Below the pieces are notes generated by a model. It did not search any database. It was not told the origin of the DNA and saw only the letters and a list, made by a program, of their open reading frames with translations. The translations under genes and the position numbers were made by a program. A DNA stretch of 63,691 bases, the filler included, from Globobulimina sp. (Eukaryota), in the NCBI GenBank assembly GCA_003354225.1. It is 35 parts of 35 records of this genome, joined end to end, with 100 filler letters (N's around TTAATTAATTAA, not from the genome) between each part and the next. Parts side by side here need not be neighbours in the genome. Positions count along the whole stretch, not along the records: positions 56,508 to 58,228 come from PIVH01012712.1; positions 58,329 to 60,049 come from PIVH01012713.1; positions 60,150 to 61,870 come from PIVH01012714.1; positions 61,971 to 63,691 come from PIVH01012715.1; 31 more parts are not named here. The stretch is one strand, 5' to 3'. How positions within the stretch are numbered: position 1 is the first letter of the stretch; each line of letters opens with the position of its first letter. This document shows, one piece after another, positions 56,568 to 63,691 of this stretch.

Positions 56568-57990
56568 AAAGTTGCAAAGCTCGGAATTGTGGATCATTTC
56601 GAAATAACAATGGATCTCGATTATACTCAATTTGTGCAAATGCCAACTTCCGCACCAACACCCACTCCAACTGACTCACCCTCGGAACAGCCAACTACAA
56701 CACCAACAAAAACACCCACCACGACACTGCGACCTACCGATAATCCAACTCCTTCCCCAACCGATTCCGTCATTGATACATTTGCATTTTTCGGTATGTC
56801 TACGCTCCGTTTCTATAAATTCCGATTTCGCATTTGGCCATTTCAGAAATTCCTGCAAAATTGGAAATTACTTCCACATCTCGCATCAACATATCATCGA
56901 AAACTGTACAAGAAGATATTATTCAATCCATTACATCTGGCTTGAATTTGGGGAGAGAATATATTCGTTTAGATAGCGCTGATTTTGTCACAACAGTTTC
57001 ACGACGAAGATTACAAACGTTTAGTATACCTTTTGAAATCATCGGAATTCCCACTCAATACTACTTCTACAGAGAAACAGAGAGCTTATTATTGGGATTT
57101 ACTGTGTTCACAACATCAGAAACAGAGCATGCAACATATTCTACAAAATTAGAAGAAACATCAACATATCATTTCATTTTGGCATCGTTAAGCAGCAAAA
57201 TGTCACACATATTGAGTATTTTCATTGCAAATACAGCAAATAATTGTGATATTGGAACAAAACAAATTACCATTGCTGGTCAACAAAGATGCCAATCAAT
57301 CTGTGCTGTAAACCAAGTTATTTTATAATTCTGTATTTCCGAACGACATTCTGTACAAATTCAAAATCAACAGTATTACGATACATCGTCCAGTTCCTGC
57401 CAAGATCAGGTTTGCTTCATATCGTCATACTCATTAAGCATATCATTGAGTTATACCTACAAATTAAATTGCTTACAGGTTGAATTTTGTACAACCACAT
57501 CAATCACGACAAATACTTTAGTTACGAGTACTTTATTAAATGTATCATTTTGTTTATACGCCATAAAATGATAAAATAGGGTCGAATGATATATTTTGGA
57601 ATTGGCGTGGCATGTTGGATACTAACAGTAGGTGTAGTATATGCAACCTATAGATTTTGTGTTAATAAAAGAATGAAATCAGCAGTAAAAAAAAGAGGGA
57701 AGAAAGCAAAACAATCTGTAAAAGGACCTGTTTATTCCATTGGGTCAACAGAAGAGGATACATCTTCCTATTCAGAGAGTGAATATAATTCAATGCAAAG
57801 AGTTAAATATTTATTTTCTAATTCCGATGTAATCTCAATAATGTAAACAATACAGAAATTTGTATCATTGGGTGGTGGAGTTGTTAAATCTGGCAGGAAA
57901 CACAAAAAAGAAGAATCATCGACTGATGAATACTCAACATCTACTTCAGAATCATATAGTCAATCTACAGAATCAGATTAAACAATCAAT
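56568..57990 (+). CDS. Multi-exon type I membrane protein with a Pro/Thr (PTxxPT) mucin-like stalk; exon boundaries approximate
   Basis: PTSAPTPTPTDSPSEQPT repeats, an SRRRLQ motif, and a TM helix IYFGIGVACWILTVGVVYATY followed by a basic stop-transfer, separated by GT-AG AT-rich introns. Confidence 0.6.
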
Positions 57991-58390
57991 ACCTGATTGT
58001 TCATTGTTATTGCTTCAATTATATTGTGTTGTGGTCATTTATTTAATTCATGTTTTTCTTTTATATCAAAGTAATAATTTAATTCTTGATGGTTTCTCGA
58101 TCTTCACACTTGTGAAGTTTTGGAAATGTTCAGAACTTCGTTTTTTTTTAATTGTTTCGAGATGTCATACACAGATCTCAAACCAACGCTATAATCCAGT
58201 CCTCCTATCACCTATGAACTCATTCTACNNNNNNNNNNNNNNNNNNNNNNNNNNNNNNNNNNNNNNNNNNNNTTAATTAATTAANNNNNNNNNNNNNNNN
58301 NNNNNNNNNNNNNNNNNNNNNNNNNNNNAAATGTACGTATATACAAAAAACATATATTTATCACAATCAATTTCTTCACATTTATAAGTT

Positions 58391-59968
58391 TACGTCGAAG
58401 ATATCTCCCACATCTTGGAAGATACAGATAATTACAGCCAAAACAATGCAAGAAATAGCAAAACAAGAGCTAAACTGCCAAAAGTGAGCCCAAATGCAAC
58501 ATACGGCTCAGATGAACCCAGCCATCATAAAGAAATACACCACGTCATTGCCTTACTAACCATCTTATATTTATTCAGCGGCGCTTGCTACACATTGACC
58601 CAATCCACAATACGTGTACTTACCATCTTCTTCGCATCGCAGACCAGCTGTCAATTAAATGAGTACTTACAAATATTCGTAGCAGCAACGCGTTCCTTAC
58701 TATACATTTTATTTCTCGCCAGACTCTATCTCACCTTTTTAGGCTCACACTTAGCATATTCAGCCAAGATAATAATCATCTTAGGCACTATGATATTGCT
58801 CGCCAATTTCAGTGCCATCACCTATTGGATTATCAACACAACACAGCAAATCCAATCAAACCATGGCAACTGTTCTCCGAAAGTGATGGATTATACCTAT
58901 CCGTCATTAGTAGTTATCATCATCGACACCATGATCAATATAGTGCTATTATACGCTTTTGTGCACAAATTGTCTCAATTGATACAGACCCAAACCGCTG
59001 GCTATGATGTACTGGACGCAACCACTGACCCTTCGGCGTTGACGCGCATCAAAGATTTGATCAAACTCATGACCAAATTGACCTTGTTAGCCTGTATGGC
59101 AGTGATTATGTCGTGGATTACCACGGTTGCTTTTATGGGCTGGATACCGGGCATTGTGACGCAAATAGATGTGGTGTTTGGCGCAATCTGCATCCTGTTT
59201 TGCTATGAGTTTCATAAAGCGAGATATATGAATTATTGCTTCCTGCCCCGGCAGTTTATGTATCATGTTTGTTTTTGGTGGTTTATCAGTGAGGACTATA
59301 TTTGTAGGAAGAATGATGAAGTGGACTACAAAAAGAATGGCTTTGAGGGTGGCTGCTGTGCGGTGTTGTGTGTGTTTAAGAAATATGATGGAGATCAAGG
59401 CAATGTGTGTTTGGATGCCACGCAGGAACTGCACACCAAAGAAAGTACCACACTCAAACAACTGAGTGGTATGGATGTATATGCAAATAAGGGTGGCAAT
59501 GGCATGGATGTAAAGAGTGAGCTAAATGCATATGACAATGTTGTAGATAAAGGTAAATATTTTACTGATGAAATATTTAAAACTCCGACGGATGATTTTG
59601 GGAAAACTTTGTCAGTGCAGCAGAGTGTGAGGAAAGGGGATAAGAATTATGGCTTTGCGCACCGTGCTTATACACTTAAGAAAATACATCATTTGTTGGC
59701 AGAGGATGAGGAGATTGAGGATAATATGCAAGCGTTGAGGTTTACGTTGAGACGGTCAAAGAAAGCGCATACATTGAGATTGAAAACATTACGGTCGCTT
59801 GAGATTGAGATTGAGATTGAACCTATGCAATCAATTAAGGAAAGTATGGATATTGACCAACAAAAATTGAGTTATGAACAGATAAAATTAAGTGAAAAGA
59901 ATGGAAATGAGGACATTGTGGATGAAATTGACAAACAATTATCGGCGGAAATTGTGTTTCAGGATTGA
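58391..59968 (+). CDS. GPCR-like multi-TM protein, 5' partial
   Basis: LFLARLYLTFLGSHLAYS, LLYAFVHKL, LMTKLTLL among 6-7 TM helices; upstream GT-AG intron at 58333-58388. Confidence 0.7.
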   Translation, partial: YVEDISHILEDTDNYSQNNARNSKTRAKLPKVSPNATYGSDEPSHHKEIHHVIALLTILYLFSGACYTLTQSTIRVLTIFFASQTSCQLNEYLQIFVAATRSLLYILFLARLYLTFLGSHLAYSAKIIIILGTMILLANFSAITYWIINTTQQIQSNHGNCSPKVMDYTYPSLVVIIIDTMINIVLLYAFVHKLSQLIQTQTAGYDVLDATTDPSALTRIKDLIKLMTKLTLLACMAVIMSWITTVAFMGWIPGIVTQIDVVFGAICILFCYEFHKARYMNYCFLPRQFMYHVCFWWFISEDYICRKNDEVDYKKNGFEGGCCAVLCVFKKYDGDQGNVCLDATQELHTKESTTLKQLSGMDVYANKGGNGMDVKSELNAYDNVVDKGKYFTDEIFKTPTDDFGKTLSVQQSVRKGDKNYGFAHRAYTLKKIHHLLAEDEEIEDNMQALRFTLRRSKKAHTLRLKTLRSLEIEIEIEPMQSIKESMDIDQQKLSYEQIKLSEKNGNEDIVDEIDKQLSAEIVFQD

Positions 59969-60633
59969 GTGTATATGATGTCATATATTTAAAAGTATTA
60001 AAAACGGTCGAATGTTTCCAGTGTTTATGAAGAGAAACTTTTATGTTTANNNNNNNNNNNNNNNNNNNNNNNNNNNNNNNNNNNNNNNNNNNNTTAATTA
60101 ATTAANNNNNNNNNNNNNNNNNNNNNNNNNNNNNNNNNNNNNNNNNNNNAAAACAAAATATATCATCAACAAATTTGATCATAAATTTCATATATCGCCA
60201 ATTGGTGATTATCATTACGTTGCTAATCATTCCATCGATAAACTGTTACAAAAATATTCAAATGGAGGGAAGTGTGATGACTGTAACAGTGGTACATTGT
60301 TGTTATATTCTGAGTTACTTTGGGGTGATGAATGTCGAGTTGATGTAGAAAACATGTATTGTACTGAATGCAAACTGTTTCATTATCATGAAGAAGAAAG
60401 TTAGAATAACTTAGTTTGATACAACATTAATAATTCATGACACAAACAATGCACAAAGAATAACGTCCGGAGTTGTAATTAAATGCAATGAACATTACAA
60501 GTCAAACATTGAACAATTTTTGTCGTCTTATCCTCATTTAAATTGTTTAAATACTAGTACTTGTTAATTTATTTAAACGACTCACATACATTTTCTTTCT
60601 CTAAAATATTATGAAAACCTCACTTACTCGAAC

Positions 60634-61776
60634 ATGGCACAAAGAAGAAAAGCAAGACTCACAACAACCTTTGCAATCACTACATTGCTACTCATTGCTG
60701 CCTGGCTCATATTTACTGTATTTGTGGCACCAAATCCTTCACCATCTAATGCTGTTGAATTAGAATTGCACTCTGAAGTGTCATCATCAGTTTGGAGTAA
60801 ACAAAATAGAGCTACTGCATGGAAGAAATTCTTCAATGGAACAGGAACAGTGATATTAATCCATGCAAGAAAAGCAGCGGGAACTTCGATGGATAAATGG
60901 TTGGCCACTTTGATTAATCATAAGATACCTTTTTGGACATTGAAAATGCGAAATATATCATGGCGATGTTCACTGATTAAAATTGAAGCATTCACAAACG
61001 TCCATGGCCCAAAATATGGAAACACCAATTTTTTGCAATATGTGCTGAATAAATATCGATTTGCAATCTATGTGATGTCGCTACGAGATCCTATTCAACG
61101 CATTCTCAGTCAGTACGAATTTGAATGGAGATGGGGATGCATTCGATGCGGACCGCAAAGATCTTTTATGCGATATCAGAAATTGAGTAAAATGAACAAA
61201 ACAACTTATATGAAAAAAATAGATGATAAGTCTCGAGTAAATGTTGCAGATAAAAAGTGGAAATATGCAAATATTGATTTTCATAGTTTTCTGGACAGAG
61301 TTGAGATATTTGAACTAAATAACACTGATTTGCCATTTGGTGGAAAGCATGTTCGATCATTCGGGAGTTATATAAATAATTATTATCTGTATATCTTTTG
61401 TTGCGATTCAAAGTTTTGTAATATTCTCAAAGATTTTGAAGAAGGAAAGAAAAATGAGATTGAAAAATGCTATGACAGCGCAATAGAAATTATCCAATCA
61501 TTGGACATTGTTGTTGTCAGTGAGTGGTTGAATGATATCCGAATGCAATTATATGTAAATAAGCTGCTATTTGGTGAAATGTACAGAGATGAAATGTTTG
61601 TTGAATTGACAGCGTATCCGTTTCCACATCGTATCGTGGATCGAGGTCGGAATTATATGGTTCATCAACAGAGCAAACAGAGATTGTTGGAATGGAATAA
61701 ATGGGATTTAAAATTGTATCGTTTTACAAAAAGACTGGTGTATCGGAGACAGAATGTGCTGCTCAATAATCTGTAA
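60634..61776 (+). CDS. Golgi type II membrane sulfotransferase
   Basis: N-terminal TM anchor, 5'-PSB IHARKAAGTS, 3'-PB LRDPIQRILSQY, NKWDLKLY. Confidence 0.85.
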   Translation: MAQRRKARLTTTFAITTLLLIAAWLIFTVFVAPNPSPSNAVELELHSEVSSSVWSKQNRATAWKKFFNGTGTVILIHARKAAGTSMDKWLATLINHKIPFWTLKMRNISWRCSLIKIEAFTNVHGPKYGNTNFLQYVLNKYRFAIYVMSLRDPIQRILSQYEFEWRWGCIRCGPQRSFMRYQKLSKMNKTTYMKKIDDKSRVNVADKKWKYANIDFHSFLDRVEIFELNNTDLPFGGKHVRSFGSYINNYYLYIFCCDSKFCNILKDFEEGKKNEIEKCYDSAIEIIQSLDIVVVSEWLNDIRMQLYVNKLLFGEMYRDEMFVELTAYPFPHRIVDRGRNYMVHQQSKQRLLEWNKWDLKLYRFTKRLVYRRQNVLLNNL

Positions 61777-61970
61777 TTAACTAAACGTGTTCAATAATTG
61801 CTAGTTTGATATTTCTTTTGTGATTGGTTTGTATTTATTTACTTTACTTATTGCTTCCGTTTCTTTTCTGNNNNNNNNNNNNNNNNNNNNNNNNNNNNNN
61901 NNNNNNNNNNNNNNTTAATTAATTAANNNNNNNNNNNNNNNNNNNNNNNNNNNNNNNNNNNNNNNNNNNN

Positions 61971-63230
61971 TTTTATACGATCATGCTCTTTATTTATCAA
62001 ATAATGTTCGGAAATATCACCATCCCATTTCCATTGGTATTTATCGCCCTCTTTCTTTAACAATTCAATCAATTCATCACCAATGATAGCATCCGTTCCT
62101 TTCGATGAATGGAGATAGCCATAAAAATTTAATCCCATTAACAATCTCCATTCATGTCTACCATATAGTTTCTGTTTTTTCTTTTCTTTTATTGTTTCAA
62201 TGATATCTTTTAACCAATTTAAAGGTGCATTCCCTCCGTGTTTGTCTTCGTTTTGATTGACTGAAAAATCATAAGTCATCAACACAGCACATCGGACATA
62301 TTTAACTGTATATAATATTAATATATTATTATCATTAAACAAATCCTCATAAATATAAAAGTAAAATTAACACACAAATCGTATTGAAGTTCACTAATTT
62401 TATATGATACGGTGACATTACCAAATAAATATATTTCTTACTTCTCCTCAATCGCTTCGAGAGGGATTCAATGAATTTTGTAAATTTCTTTTTTATTTTA
62501 CTAAATTCCTTTCGTGTCATTTGTTTATCATTATATTGCCGTTGATTATGTGCTAAATAATTAAAAAAAGGAGTTATCTCTAAAACACATCCATTATAAG
62601 CATGTACTTTATTTCTCATTGATTTTATTAATACATTTATTAATTCTTTTTTTGATTTTTTATTTTTTAAGAATTTCCCAATTAAATCAAGTGACCAATG
62701 TTGCGATGACAATGTATATCGTGGAAGTATGTGTATTCTCTCATTTTTTAAACGCACAGATTCCATCCATTCTACGTCAACATTGTTTTCACCCATCACC
62801 ATATACTGCGCAATGGATGAAGCAGAACCAGGGATTGGTTGTATGTCATACCAAACTGGCGAAATGTGTGTAAATTTCTTGGCATACGATTTAGTCCATT
62901 TATAGCCTTGTTTGTTCCACGGTGTTACAAAGGTTAATGCTATTTTATTACGAAAATTTCGTTTTTGGTCCAGATATGCGGTGATATTGTTATTTTTTAT
63001 GATCACATTATGATCGGCGATAGTTTCTTGTACCCATCCTTTTTCATGAACGGCTGATGAATATCCAGAGACTATGTTGCTAAAAAAGTGTCAATATACG
63101 TATAATTATAAAATATTATATATTATAGGTGTATATCATACCCATCTTTGTCGACTTCTACGTTTGCCGCTATGCAGTATAAGTCAAAACATGCAGTAAT
63201 CAGAACAATTGCATAAAGTATAGAGCACAT
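61971..63230 (-). CDS. CHID1: Chitinase domain-containing protein 1 (inactive GH18), 2 introns, 3' partial
   Basis: FVTPWNKQGY, KFTHISPVWY, LMTYDFS, NAPLNW, LMGLNFYG; signal peptide at ATG 63230; no DxDxE motif. Confidence 0.88.
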
Positions 63231-63691
63231 GGTTTCTAATTGTAATTCACTTAGAAAAAGTTTTTTTTTTGTTTGTTGTATAAAAATGGGTGACCAAACA
63301 TCAATCCAAAGTGAATACACAAGTGTCCAAACCCATCGTAGAAATTCATCATCTTTTCATTATCAATGGTTATATCATAGCTATAGTTCACGAGGGGGGT
63401 ATAACTTTCTCATAATTCATCACCCACAGCATATGTACGATCTTATGATATTCCTATGATATAAGTCGGTTATATGTATAATCAACTCGTTTTTAATACA
63501 TATAACCTATACTTCTCTCACAAGCAGTATGTATGATGAAAGAACGGAAATTGAATTCTGTAAAAGGAAGACTTCACATGAAGTTCAACCAATAAATAAT
63601 TAATATTAAAAATAATTGAATACTGTAGCTTAAATGTAACATTTTATGTACCAGACTTTATGTACCCATAACACAATCAATTAACTTACCT

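Noticed and set aside
58446..58487. Apparent out-of-frame ATG requiring a frameshift in the GPCR-like gene
   Set aside because: The main frame is open back to a splice acceptor at 58388, so the gene is simply 5' partial.
1725..61970. Regularly spaced TTAATTAATTAA repeats as a CRISPR-like or biological array
   Set aside because: They are embedded in fixed N runs and separate length-sorted contigs, so they are assembly linkers. ORFs ending in X...LIN are artefacts of them.
1..63691. Gene clusters or operons across contigs (e.g. several ubiquitin ligases, or glycan enzymes near each other)
   Set aside because: Adjacency reflects contig length only.

Overview
This is not a continuous locus. It is 35 unrelated contigs of 1724, 1723, 1722 and 1721 bp, sorted by length and joined by 100-bp artificial spacers (44 N + TTAATTAATTAA + 44 N). 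Neighbourhood across spacers is therefore meaningless, and most genes are partial. Nearly all contigs come from an AT-rich eukaryote with short GT-AG introns (mostly 50-70 nt) and the standard genetic code. The gene content (divergent 7TM proteins, kinesin-14, RBR and MYCBP2-type ligases, TDO, NUP62, MMS19, CHID1, DTD, NIPA, endoglycoceramidase) suggests a protist, possibly a foraminiferan or other rhizarian; that assignment is inference. One contig (54687-56407) is bacterial and Desulfobacterota-like (PxxKW protein and pfkA with Shine-Dalgarno sites). Mobile DNA includes a degenerate Ty3/Gypsy pol, a Copia-protease-containing ORF, a 5'-truncated non-LTR insertion with a 19-bp target-site duplication (TSD), several MITEs, and non-autonomous elements sharing CACTGCA termini on four contigs. 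I found no demonstrable new multi-gene system. The best leads are the CACTGCA element group, a RING-IBR/RING-Cys-relay hybrid E3, a membrane-anchored AlkB dioxygenase, +1 frame breaks at stop codons in otherwise intact genes, a repeated winged-helix-like orphan domain, and the sulfate-reducer contig.
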